Assembly (NCBI GenBank): GCA_964503625.1 | Contig: CAZDAU010000004.1 | Span: 39,964 to 103,963, forward strand | Length of the DNA: 64,000 bases | Origin: an uncultured Anaerolinea sp. | GTDB lineage: Bacteria; Chloroflexota; Anaerolineae; Anaerolineales; UBA4823 | Direction of reading: 5' to 3' | Shown: positions 9,549-18,900 of the stretch, one piece after another | Numbering within the stretch: position 1 is the stretch's first letter | Layout of the letters: each line of letters opens with the position of its first letter | Position numbers and translations under genes: made by a program | Notes under the pieces: generated by a model | Database searches by the model: none | The model's input: only the letters and a program-made list of their open reading frames with translations | Told to the model about the DNA's origin: nothing

Positions 9549-10958
9549 TTGGCCCCAGCCACCCCTCTACCCCGCCTGGTGATCGCCGCCCCACAAGGGC
9601 GCAGCGGCAAAACCACGCTCTCCTTGGGCATCTGCGCCGCGCTGGCCCGGCGCGGGTTGGATATCCAGCCATTTAAAAAAGGACCCGATTATATCGATCC
9701 TTCCTGGCTCAGCGAAGCTGCCGGGCGCGCCTGCCGCAGCCTGGATCCTTTCTTCCTGCCTGGGGCGGCGGCGTTACGGAAGGCACTCTTGAAAGGCGCC
9801 CGCCGGGGCGAGCAGGCAGCCGACCTCTGCCTGGTGGAAGGCAACCACGGCTTGTACGACTCGCTGGAAGAGGACGGCAGCGGCAGCAGTGCAGCGGTGG
9901 CCCGGATCTTGGGGGCGCCGATAATCCTGGTGGTCAATGCAGCGCGCATGTCGCGCAGCGCAGCCGCCATGGTCCACGGCTACCAGACTTTTGAGCCCGA
10001 TACCCCCATTGCAGCCGTCATCCTGAACAACGTTGCCCAGGGCCGCCACCTGGCCAAGCTGCGCCGCGCCATCGAAAGCCACTGCCGCATCCCTGTGATC
10101 GGCGCACTGCCGCGGGACGCCAACCTGACGATCCCAGACCGCCACCTGGGTCTTGTGCCACGGGGCGAGGACCCCGGCCTGCTCCCGGTCATCCAGGCTT
10201 GCCGCCAGGCTGTGGAGCGCTTTGTGGACCTGGAAGCCCTGCTGGCAATTGCGCGTTCGGCGCCCGCCTGGGAAGTCCCAGGCGAGCCGGTCGAAGCATC
10301 CAGACCTGCGCAAGGCCAGCGCAGCCAACCGGTCATCGGTGTGCTGCGTGACCAGGCCTTCTCCTTTTACTACCCGGAAAACCTGGAAGCGTTGGAAGCC
10401 TGTGGGGCGCGACTGGTGTTTATTGATGCCCTGCACACATCCCGCCTGCCCCGGGTTGACGCCCTGTATATGGGTGGAGGCTTCCCTGAGATCTTTATGG
10501 AGACTCTGAGCCAAAACACAGCCTTCCGCCAGGATGTGCGCCAGGCTGCTGAAGATGGGCTCCCGGTGTACGCCGAGTGCGGTGGCTTGATGTACCTGTC
10601 GCAGCGGATAAGATCAGCCGGTCAGCAGGCAGAGATGGCCGGCGTCCTGCCATGCGAAGTGGAGATGACACTCACCCCACAGGGGCACGGTTATGTGTTG
10701 GCCGAATGCACTGGCCAAAACCCGTTTTTTGCTGTTAACACCCGGCTGCGCGGCCATGAATTTCACAATTCACGCCTGACTGGCCTGCCAGAAGGGTGGC
10801 CAGCCGCCCTGCGGTTGGAGCGCGGGGCGGGCATCGGCGGCGGGCGGGATGGGCTGGTCTATCGCAATGTCTTTGCCAGCTACATGCACCTGCACGCTGC
10901 CGGGGCCCCTGGCTGGGCGCAAAGCCTGGTCGATGCGGCCCAGCGTTTTGCGGCCTAA
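9549..10958 (+). CDS. cbiA: Cobyrinate a,c-diamide synthase family (CbiA/CobB; DsrN-like)
   Basis: GRSGKTT, FKKGPDYID, VEGNHGLYD, AFSFYY, AECGGLMYL, GHEFH motifs. Confidence 0.9.
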   Translation: MAPATPLPRLVIAAPQGRSGKTTLSLGICAALARRGLDIQPFKKGPDYIDPSWLSEAAGRACRSLDPFFLPGAAALRKALLKGARRGEQAADLCLVEGNHGLYDSLEEDGSGSSAAVARILGAPIILVVNAARMSRSAAAMVHGYQTFEPDTPIAAVILNNVAQGRHLAKLRRAIESHCRIPVIGALPRDANLTIPDRHLGLVPRGEDPGLLPVIQACRQAVERFVDLEALLAIARSAPAWEVPGEPVEASRPAQGQRSQPVIGVLRDQAFSFYYPENLEALEACGARLVFIDALHTSRLPRVDALYMGGGFPEIFMETLSQNTAFRQDVRQAAEDGLPVYAECGGLMYLSQRIRSAGQQAEMAGVLPCEVEMTLTPQGHGYVLAECTGQNPFFAVNTRLRGHEFHNSRLTGLPEGWPAALRLERGAGIGGGRDGLVYRNVFASYMHLHAAGAPGWAQSLVDAAQRFAA

Positions 10959-11095
10959 AAGCCATCTGATGCCTCCTTTAGCTACTTGCCAAAGATTCAA
11001 TTTCACCCAGCCCATTTGCCAAATGCCGCCTTAAGACCTGATTAGAGTATTCCCAATTGATAAGAAACTTAGTAAAATAAAGTTGGAATTCATCG

Positions 11096-11136
11096 GGCTG
11101 ACCTTCGCAGCAAGATCAAGGGCAGCCTTTTTTTTT
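11096..11136 (+). terminator. Intrinsic terminator-like hairpin with T9 tail
   Basis: GGCTG-a-CCTT...AAGG-g-CAGCC followed by nine T. Confidence 0.65.
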
Positions 11137-11168
11137 CAATTGCAGGAGCGCGCACCATCAGGTGCAAT

Positions 11169-11768
11169 ATGATTTACCAAAAGGTCGTCGAATACGTTGA
11201 TATCCAGGCGCCGCGCCAGGAGGTGTTCAGCCTGATCACTCATATTGAGCGGCGCTTACAGCTCAGCCCATTGTGGGGCGTAGCCAGCCTGGAGGCCAAA
11301 AACGGTAATTACCCCCAGGTGGGCAGCACCTACAGGGTGCGCCTGGTGGAAGGCGAGCAGCCACCCTACGAAACCATCGTCACCGCTTACGAGCCTTATC
11401 AAAAATTCGCCTATTGCCTGGACGTGGACCGGCAGACAAGCGTCACCTGGACCCTGCAAGAGATCAAGATGGGCACCCGGCTGACCTATGAAGAAATGTT
11501 TTTGGTCGATGAAGAAGCAGAGCAGGACTTTATTAAGTCGGTGCGCGGTGTGGTGCACAATTGGCTGGCAAACATCCAACGCTACGCTGAACTGCGCCAG
11601 AGCAAAGCCAAGCGCCTGGCGCGCTGGCTGGTGGATCATCTGTATCTAGGCCTGCGCCCTGACCAACGGCGGGTGATCCTGACGATCTTGTTCATGCAGG
11701 CCGTGGCCGCAATCGCCTTCATCATGGCTGCCCTGGGCATGGGGCTGGTTTCCCTGTTTATTCGGTGA
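11169..11768 (+). CDS. SRPBCC/polyketide-cyclase-fold protein with C-terminal TM helix
   Basis: VDIQAPRQEVF start typical of SRPBCC; hydrophobic C-terminus. Confidence 0.6.
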   Translation: MIYQKVVEYVDIQAPRQEVFSLITHIERRLQLSPLWGVASLEAKNGNYPQVGSTYRVRLVEGEQPPYETIVTAYEPYQKFAYCLDVDRQTSVTWTLQEIKMGTRLTYEEMFLVDEEAEQDFIKSVRGVVHNWLANIQRYAELRQSKAKRLARWLVDHLYLGLRPDQRRVILTILFMQAVAAIAFIMAALGMGLVSLFIR

Positions 11769-11860
11769 TAACCATTTGATTTTTCTTATTGTGGCGTTTT
11801 CGGGCGAAAAATTTGCCCCAAAACGCCACCGATTTATCTTACCCAAAGTCTGTCAGGCAG

Positions 11861-12676
11861 CTAAGAAGGCTCGTAGCAGCACCGGAAGCCAGTATCATCA
11901 CTGCGGTGCATGGGCGCGGCCCAGCTTCGGTAGGCACAGCGATTCAGGAAGCGGCCTTCCCGCCAGGAACCGCCGCGCAACATGGCTTTATCAAAGGCGG
12001 CTTCGGTAGAATTTACCATCGAGGTACCGCCGGTTTCATGAAAGCGTGGCAGCGCCGAAAGCGTATCCAGCCGGTGTACCAGCGCCTCCCGCCCATCCTC
12101 AGGGTCGTAGGGATACGGCCGATATAGCGAAGAGACCCACTCCTGCACATTGCCCGCCAGGTCGGCCACGCCATAGGGGCTGTCGCCCTGGGGCGAGTAC
12201 TTTGTGACTGGGGTGATAGCTAGCGGCACGCTGCGGTCACGAGTCTCTTTGCCGCTGGCGTTATTGCAACGCCCAGGCTCCCACTGATTCCCCCAGGGGT
12301 ACACCCGCCCATCCGTCCCGCGGGCGGCCTTCTCCCATTCCGGCTCGGTCGGCAGGCGCACCGGCAGGCCGGTGACCTGCCTGGCCCACAGGCAAAACGC
12401 GGCCGCATCCAGGAAGTTCACCCCCACCACGGGGTGGTCGGCCTGGTCATCCGGGAACTTGCCGCCCGCCCAGAATAATGGCGCCCGGTGGCCGGTGGCC
12501 TGGATAAACAAGTGGTACTGAGCGTTTGTAACCGGATAGCGCATGATGTAGAACTCAGAAACCATCAGAATGTGCTGGGGCATCTCAGCTTCAGAGGCTT
12601 CCGGGTCTGCCTGGCGCTTGCTGCCGATGATGAATTCACCAGCCGGGATGTAAACAAAATTCAAATCTAATTGCAT
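11861..12676 (-). CDS. Formylglycine-generating enzyme (SUMF1) domain protein
   Basis: IPAGEFIIGS, YPVTNAQY, RLPTEPEWEKAARG, YPWGN, LAGNVQEW, RGGSW, TGFRC. Confidence 0.88.
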   Translation of the reverse strand: MQLDLNFVYIPAGEFIIGSKRQADPEASEAEMPQHILMVSEFYIMRYPVTNAQYHLFIQATGHRAPLFWAGGKFPDDQADHPVVGVNFLDAAAFCLWARQVTGLPVRLPTEPEWEKAARGTDGRVYPWGNQWEPGRCNNASGKETRDRSVPLAITPVTKYSPQGDSPYGVADLAGNVQEWVSSLYRPYPYDPEDGREALVHRLDTLSALPRFHETGGTSMVNSTEAAFDKAMLRGGSWREGRFLNRCAYRSWAAPMHRSDDTGFRCCYEPS

Positions 12677-12715
12677 AATTTACTCCATGGTAGAAAATTG
12701 GATGATGCTTGAGTT

Positions 12716-13375
12716 TCAGGCGATCCCGTTGGGGGTAACCCAGCCCGCCCGAGCGGCGTAACGCAGCAGATCAACACTGCTGCGCACACCAACTTTGGTC
12801 ATCAGGCTGCTCCGATGGACTGAAACCGTTTTGGGGCTGATGCCCAGAAGATGGGCAATTTCTTTATTACTCTTGCCTTCAATCAAGTAATGGAGGACCT
12901 GCATCTCACGCTGGGTTAAACTCACTTTGGGGTCCGGTTCTTTGGCCTGCGGCTGGGTCAGGTTTTCAATCACCTGACGGGTAATACTGGCTTCCAAATA
13001 GGCGCCATGCTCAAAAACCTGATGAATAGCCGTCACCACTTCCCGGCCGCCTGAACGTTTTAGCACATACCCCGACGCCCCAGCGCGCAGCATTGGCTCA
13101 ACGTACTCGTGGTCATCATGCTGCGTCAGGATCAACACGCGCACCTGTGGGAAACGAGCTTTGATTTGCCGGGTCGCCTCTAATCCATCCATCTCCGGCA
13201 TGGAGACATCCATCAGCACCAGGTCGGGCAATAAAGCCTGGACTCGTTCAATTGCTTCGCGGCCATTGGCGGCCTCGCCCACCACATGGATATCCTCCTG
13301 CCGCTCGAGCAGCGAGCGGATACCATCCCGCAAAATTGCGTGGTCATCCACCACCAAAACCCGAATATCAGCCAT
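12716..13375 (-). CDS. NarL/LuxR-family response regulator
   Basis: REC domain (VVDDH, LMDVSMP) plus LuxR HTH (LTQREMQVL...SNKEIA). Confidence 0.93.
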   Translation of the reverse strand: MADIRVLVVDDHAILRDGIRSLLERQEDIHVVGEAANGREAIERVQALLPDLVLMDVSMPEMDGLEATRQIKARFPQVRVLILTQHDDHEYVEPMLRAGASGYVLKRSGGREVVTAIHQVFEHGAYLEASITRQVIENLTQPQAKEPDPKVSLTQREMQVLHYLIEGKSNKEIAHLLGISPKTVSVHRSSLMTKVGVRSSVDLLRYAARAGWVTPNGIA

Positions 13376-16193
13376 GAGGAGCCTTCCCGTTCCCCAGCGG
13401 CACGCGAATATTTAATTGAGTGCCGCTGCCAGGGGTGGATTGGATTTCCAATTCTCCGCCCAGCAATTCCAAACGTTCCTGCATCCCTAACAGGCCCAGC
13501 CCACGCGGGTTATCTGGGGAGAGGCCCAACTCGTATGGATCAAAGCCAATGCCGTCATCTTCGACGCACACACAGACGTTTTCCGGATCCATCGCATAGG
13601 TAATGGAGACATTACGCGCCGCTGAATGGCGGGATATGTTTGAGACAGCTTCTTGCATCACCCGGAAAATTGCCGTCTCAACTTCGGGGGCCAGGCGGTG
13701 GGTCTCGCCTCGCTCTTCAAAGCGGATGCGCACACCTTTCGCCTCCAGCCGGGTTTTGGTCAGCCAACGAATCGCCGGCACCAGGCCAAGATGATCAAGC
13801 ACCGAGGGGCGCAGGTCAAAAATCAGTTTGTGCACCCCGTCCAGGGTGTGTTGGATGAGCTCGTGCATCCCATCCAGCCGCTGGCGCACGTCTTTCAAGC
13901 TACTCATCTCACGGGCTTCTTCAGAAGCAAAGAGCAGAGCCGTGAGCGACTGGCTGGTCTCGTCGTGCAACTCGCGGGCGATGCGACGGCGCTCTTCTTC
14001 CTGAGCGTTGATCGCCTTCTTAAACAGCTCACCGCGCATGCGCTCTTTGATCTGGCCTTCCTCGTACAGGCGGGCATTCTCGATGGCCACGGCGATCTGG
14101 CTGCCAATGGCTTTGAGCAACTCCTGCTCGTCGACGTCAAAATCCCGATCCTGCCGGGTGCCCACGCACATGCTGCCAAGAACGTAGCCCTTGGCTGTCA
14201 GGGGCACGTGCACCAGCGTGTTCAGCTTTTCCTGCTGCAAAGATTGCGCCCGCCGCCCGTGAAAACGGGAAAGATCAGGCACCACCACCACCCGACCATG
14301 TTCAGCCACGCCGCCGCAAGAGCCATCCAGGAGGCCGGTATCTGCGGCTACCCGAGCGGCTTCTTCCGAAAGGCCGCGGTAAGCCGTCAGGCGCATCTCT
14401 CCACCTTGCTCCTCGATCAGAAAAACTGCGCCAACGTCCACCTGGGTCAAGCGCAGAACGGCATCCAAAGCTCGTTCGAGGATATCTTCCAGCTTGAGAG
14501 ATTGGTTCACCGTGGCAGCGACCGCGTTCAGGATGGATAACTGCTGGTTGCGCCGGATGAGCGACTCTTTGATCTTCTTCTCTTCACTCACATCCCGAGT
14601 CAGCTCCACCACCCGGCTAATCTGGCCATGCAGATCGCGCAAGGGCGAGGCAGTAATTTCACGGTAAATTGGATCATGCCCAGGGCGGCCATCCAACACG
14701 TGGGTAACCCGCACCGTTTCCCCACTTTGCAAGACAACAGGGATGGGGCACTCCACATCGCCAGGAGCGCCGGGCAGCTCCGGATGACAGCCTTGATAGC
14801 AGGGCCGGCCAACAATATCCTGGATCAAGCCGGTATAATTCTGAGCAGCCCGGTTAGCCAGCTCAATACTGAAATCGGCAACTTTGATCACAATCAGCTC
14901 ATCGTCAAGGGCATCGATGATGGCGCGTAAATCATCCCGCACTGCCTGGGCCTGCAGTTGCGCCGCCAGGGCGTCCTGGGTGCGCTCCTGCACACGACGG
15001 TCCAGCTCGCGATTGAGAGAGTTAATCTCCTCAATCGAGGTCTGCAATTGCCGGCGCATTGCTTCAAAATTCTCCGCCAGGGCGCCAATTTCATCCTGCC
15101 GGCGCCGTCGCAAGGCAAACCAGCCGGTGAAGAGCTGATCCAAAGGGGTGGTCAGATCGCCGGCCTTGATCCGCTCGACCGAGTCTTTGAGCATCTGCAC
15201 GGGCTTAATCACACTGTTGGTGGTCACCAACACCAACACCATGGCACCGAGGATGCTTGCCAATCCCAGGCTAAGCGTTTGAATCAGCAGGCGGTTGACT
15301 GGCGCCATCAGCTCGCTGGCTTTTTGGCGCACCACCACCCCCCAGGGCGCCTCGGCAAGCGGGGCAAACGCCACCACCTCTTCATGCGACTCGGCCGTTT
15401 CGCCTCCGCCGCAACCCAGACAGGTCTCCACCATCGGCTCGCCAGACTGGAACATCTTTTGCAGCTCTTGCGGGGCGCTGGCGGCCAGGGCGCGCTCAGG
15501 ATGAGAGCTGATCAGCACCCTTCCCTGGGCATCGATCAGGTCCAATGTGCCGGTTTTACCGAGGTCGATTGCGCTTTGGAAAGGAGCAAGACTGGCGCTG
15601 CGAAAATTCATTGTGACCACCAGCCAGCCATCCAAATTACCGTCCGAGTCCAGGGTGGGCTGTGTGATCATTGCCAGTGGCTCACCAGCCGGCGAGATCA
15701 CAAGCCTGGGTGAAGTTTGGGATTGGGTTTTCAACAAGTCCGGGGGAAATCGTGTCAACCGGTCCCGGTCGCCGGCGCTGCTGATGATTTCCCCAGTCAC
15801 ATCCAATAAATAGATCCCCTGGCCAAACTCGGCCACGTGGCCGAGGGCATCCTGCAGGGCCGCCTGGCGCTCGGCTTCGGTCAGGCTCTGCAATGTGCTG
15901 TGCTCGGCGAACAACTCCAGGACATTGTGCACATGCCTGAATGTTGAGTCCAGGCTGGCAGCGCTCAATCGGGCAAGCTGGACTCGCTCGTTCAAGATTT
16001 GCCGGGTGGATTGGCGGGCGGCGCTGATGCCCAGGAACAGAAAAATCGCAATCAGACCCACCACGCCCACTTCCACCAGCAGGCCCATCTTGGCCCGCAG
16101 GCCCACATTATCCCAGCGCTGCTCCAGGCTGGTGGTGGTGAAACGCCGCAGCCGTTCTTTCCATTTCAAAGAGTGGTTTTCTATTGGGGTCAT
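13368..16193 (-). CDS. Sensor histidine kinase (TM-Cache-TM-HAMP-PAS-GAF-HisKA_3-HATPase)
   Basis: Two TM helices; ERRRIARELHDE H-box; QEAVSN, DDGIGF, GLGLLGM boxes. Confidence 0.92.
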   Translation of the reverse strand: MTPIENHSLKWKERLRRFTTTSLEQRWDNVGLRAKMGLLVEVGVVGLIAIFLFLGISAARQSTRQILNERVQLARLSAASLDSTFRHVHNVLELFAEHSTLQSLTEAERQAALQDALGHVAEFGQGIYLLDVTGEIISSAGDRDRLTRFPPDLLKTQSQTSPRLVISPAGEPLAMITQPTLDSDGNLDGWLVVTMNFRSASLAPFQSAIDLGKTGTLDLIDAQGRVLISSHPERALAASAPQELQKMFQSGEPMVETCLGCGGGETAESHEEVVAFAPLAEAPWGVVVRQKASELMAPVNRLLIQTLSLGLASILGAMVLVLVTTNSVIKPVQMLKDSVERIKAGDLTTPLDQLFTGWFALRRRRQDEIGALAENFEAMRRQLQTSIEEINSLNRELDRRVQERTQDALAAQLQAQAVRDDLRAIIDALDDELIVIKVADFSIELANRAAQNYTGLIQDIVGRPCYQGCHPELPGAPGDVECPIPVVLQSGETVRVTHVLDGRPGHDPIYREITASPLRDLHGQISRVVELTRDVSEEKKIKESLIRRNQQLSILNAVAATVNQSLKLEDILERALDAVLRLTQVDVGAVFLIEEQGGEMRLTAYRGLSEEAARVAADTGLLDGSCGGVAEHGRVVVVPDLSRFHGRRAQSLQQEKLNTLVHVPLTAKGYVLGSMCVGTRQDRDFDVDEQELLKAIGSQIAVAIENARLYEEGQIKERMRGELFKKAINAQEEERRRIARELHDETSQSLTALLFASEEAREMSSLKDVRQRLDGMHELIQHTLDGVHKLIFDLRPSVLDHLGLVPAIRWLTKTRLEAKGVRIRFEERGETHRLAPEVETAIFRVMQEAVSNISRHSAARNVSITYAMDPENVCVCVEDDGIGFDPYELGLSPDNPRGLGLLGMQERLELLGGELEIQSTPGSGTQLNIRVPLGNGKAPHG

Positions 16194-16228
16194 TAGCTAA
16201 CCTGTTCGACACGTAAACATTATGGAAG

Positions 16229-17314
16229 CTACAAGTCAGCAACTTTGGCCATTGGGCCAGGCCACTCGCAATAACGCGCCCGGCCGCAATGCTTGCACAC
16301 ACCCTCTTCCAGCAGTTTCTCGTAAACGCCCTCAAACTCGCCCATCAAATCATACCATTCAAAGGTGCGCCCAATCGTCACCCGCAGGGGTGTTTTGGGC
16401 ATCTTGAAAGCTTGCCGGGCCTTTGACCCATCGAAATAGAACATCTTGGATTCCAAGCGCAGGCGGTTTCCGGTGAGCGGAACCGGGCCGCTGCTCTGCG
16501 GTTGGAGTAAATCAGTCAGGCCGGCGACGAGCGAGACCTGCCAACGGGACATGACCTTGAGCTTCATCCCACAGCCGACCACATTGGCAATCGTGCGGTA
16601 GAGCTGTAAATAAGTCATATTTTCGCCAGCCAGGATGTAGCGCTCTCCGACAATGCCTTTGAGAGCCGCTTCAATGTGTCCTTGGGCAACATCGCAGATC
16701 GGGACCACATTCACCCCGCCGGGGGGAATGAGCGGCGGCACGCAGTGTTTGACCACCTCCACCACCATGCCGCTGGACACTTTGCGGATATCCCTAGGAC
16801 CAATCACCGTGGTCGGGTTAACAATCACCGCCGGCAGTCCTTTTTTGACCAGATCCAGGACAATCTTCTCGGCCAGGAACTTGCTGTGCCCGTAGACGAA
16901 ACGCTCCGGTTTGACGTTGAAAGTATAGCTCTCATCAACAATTACATCTGGGTGAATGCCCATTGCAGCGGTGGAGCTTGTGTGGACCACCCGCCCCACA
17001 CCAGACCGCAGGGCGGCTTCCATCACATTGCGGGTGCCCTCCACATTCACCCGGTACATCCAGTCAACGCCCTGCCGCCAGTAATCCACCACCCCGGCGG
17101 CGTGGAAAAGGACATCAATGCCCTGCATCGCCTGGGGGAGGGTTTCCGGCTCCAGGATGTCTCCGGTCATGTATTCAAAAGGCCCGCCTTCCAGCAAGAT
17201 CCGGTTCGCCCCAGGCCGCTCCAGGATGCGCACCTGCCAGCCATGCTCGATCAGGCGCAAGGCAATGTTCGACCCCAGGAAACCCGTGCCGCCGGTCAGG
17301 AGCGCGACCGCCAT
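16229..17314 (-). CDS. NAD-dependent epimerase/dehydratase (extended SDR, DFR/HpnA-like)
   Basis: TGGTGFLG, HAAG, HTSS, YGHSK motifs. Confidence 0.88.
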   Translation of the reverse strand: MAVALLTGGTGFLGSNIALRLIEHGWQVRILERPGANRILLEGGPFEYMTGDILEPETLPQAMQGIDVLFHAAGVVDYWRQGVDWMYRVNVEGTRNVMEAALRSGVGRVVHTSSTAAMGIHPDVIVDESYTFNVKPERFVYGHSKFLAEKIVLDLVKKGLPAVIVNPTTVIGPRDIRKVSSGMVVEVVKHCVPPLIPPGGVNVVPICDVAQGHIEAALKGIVGERYILAGENMTYLQLYRTIANVVGCGMKLKVMSRWQVSLVAGLTDLLQPQSSGPVPLTGNRLRLESKMFYFDGSKARQAFKMPKTPLRVTIGRTFEWYDLMGEFEGVYEKLLEEGVCKHCGRARYCEWPGPMAKVADL

Positions 17315-18900
17315 TTCACCAAAGCCTCCACCAGGCCTTCGACTGTGTGCTCGCCAGCGACCAGATCAACTCGGACTCCCGCCTGCTCTGCAGCGTGAGC
17401 CGTTGTTGGCCCTACACACGCTGACGTCATCCGGTCCAAGATCGCCAGCGCCTGCTCCCGCTTAACAACCGTCTCAAGCATGCCAAGCAGCCCGCGCACC
17501 GCCGAAGGGCTGAAAAAGACCACCACATCCAGCAAGCCGTTGATCAATTCCTGCATCACCTGCAAATCTGGCTCAGCTGCGGCCACGGAATATGCGATGG
17601 CTGTCTCCACAAAGGCGCCTCTGGCTTGCAAAGCCTGAACCAGGTCGGGAGGGGCGATCTCGGAACGCGGCAGAAGAACACGCTGACCGCTCAGGTCGCC
17701 CACCTCGGCGGCCCAATCCAGGCCCGTGAACCGGGAGGGGACAAAATCCACCCGCAGGTGATAGCCCGCCAGCGCCTGGGCTGTGGCCTTGCCCACCGCC
17801 CCCAGCCGCACCCCAGGCAGGATGCGCGCGTCGTAACCCTGGTCAAACATGCGTTCAAAGAAGAACTGAACTGCGTTGGCGCTGGTGAAGACGATCCAGT
17901 CGTAGGCGGGTCTCATGCCAGATGCAAGCACGCTGCCGGCCGAATGCGCCAGGCGATGAATGGCGCGATCCAGACTGGAGGGATCCACCGCCGGTACGAT
18001 GCGAGTTGCAGGCAGGTTGAGCACTTCGGCTCCCAGGTTGAAAAGACGTTCATCCAGATCATCCCGCTCCAAAGAGGCTTGCGGGCGAGTATTCAATATT
18101 CTTAAGCCCAGCAAGGGCCGCGCCTGGGGCAGGTCAAACCAACGCAGCTGGCTGCGCAGGCGGACCACTTCGCCAACAATGGTGATCGCCGGCGGCTGGA
18201 TATCCTGAGATTGCTCAACAATGTTCTCCAGCGTACCCTCCACCACCTTTTGGTGGGTTGTTGTTCCTTGTTGGATCACCGCCGCGGGAGTATCCGGCGA
18301 GCAACCGCTCTCAATCATACGCTGGACGATGGCGGGCAGGTTGGTCACTCCCATCAAGAAGACCCGGGTGCCCGCGCTCAATGCAGCGCAATCCAGCGCC
18401 CCGGCAATATCATCAATACCCTGCGAGCGGTGTCCGGTGATGATAGCAAGGCTGGCAGCCATTCCGCGTTGGGTCACCGGGATGCCCGCGTAGGCTGGCA
18501 CAGCCACAGCGCTGCTGACGCCAGGGATGACTTCAAATGGGATGCCCGCTTCGACCAGCGCTAAAGCCTCCTCGCCGCCACGCCCAAAAACAAAAGGATC
18601 GCCGCCTTTCAAGCGCACCACCACAAGCCCGGCACGGGCATGCTCAACCAGCAAGGCATTGATTTCTGCTTGAGGGATCGGGTGATGGTCGGGCTGCTTG
18701 CCCACATCGATCCAGCGCGCCTGAGGCGCATGGCGGCGCAACAACGGGCTGACCAGGCGATCAAAGACCACCACCTGGGCCTGCTGCAAACATTCCAGCC
18801 CGCGAACGGTGATCAGGCCTGGGTCACCCGGCCCAGCGCCTACCAGGTAAACCCTTCCAGAATTTCCTGTTTTTGCATGAGGGTCAGCCCAATCGTTCAA
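17296..18900 (-). CDS. cobA-hemD: Uroporphyrinogen-III C-methyltransferase / uroporphyrinogen-III synthase fusion
   Basis: VGAGPGDPGLIT, RLKGGDPFVFGRGGEE; C-terminal FTSANAV, VGKATA, FFSPSAV, CVGPTT. Confidence 0.93.
   Translation of the reverse strand: MNDWADPHAKTGNSGRVYLVGAGPGDPGLITVRGLECLQQAQVVVFDRLVSPLLRRHAPQARWIDVGKQPDHHPIPQAEINALLVEHARAGLVVVRLKGGDPFVFGRGGEEALALVEAGIPFEVIPGVSSAVAVPAYAGIPVTQRGMAASLAIITGHRSQGIDDIAGALDCAALSAGTRVFLMGVTNLPAIVQRMIESGCSPDTPAAVIQQGTTTHQKVVEGTLENIVEQSQDIQPPAITIVGEVVRLRSQLRWFDLPQARPLLGLRILNTRPQASLERDDLDERLFNLGAEVLNLPATRIVPAVDPSSLDRAIHRLAHSAGSVLASGMRPAYDWIVFTSANAVQFFFERMFDQGYDARILPGVRLGAVGKATAQALAGYHLRVDFVPSRFTGLDWAAEVGDLSGQRVLLPRSEIAPPDLVQALQARGAFVETAIAYSVAAAEPDLQVMQELINGLLDVVVFFSPSAVRGLLGMLETVVKREQALAILDRMTSACVGPTTAHAAEQAGVRVDLVAGEHTVEGLVEALVKWRSRS

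Noticed and set aside
16200-16222. TGTTCGACACGTAAACA as a possible parS site
   Set aside because: Does not fit the GTTTCACGTGAAAC palindrome and is far from the parA-like gene
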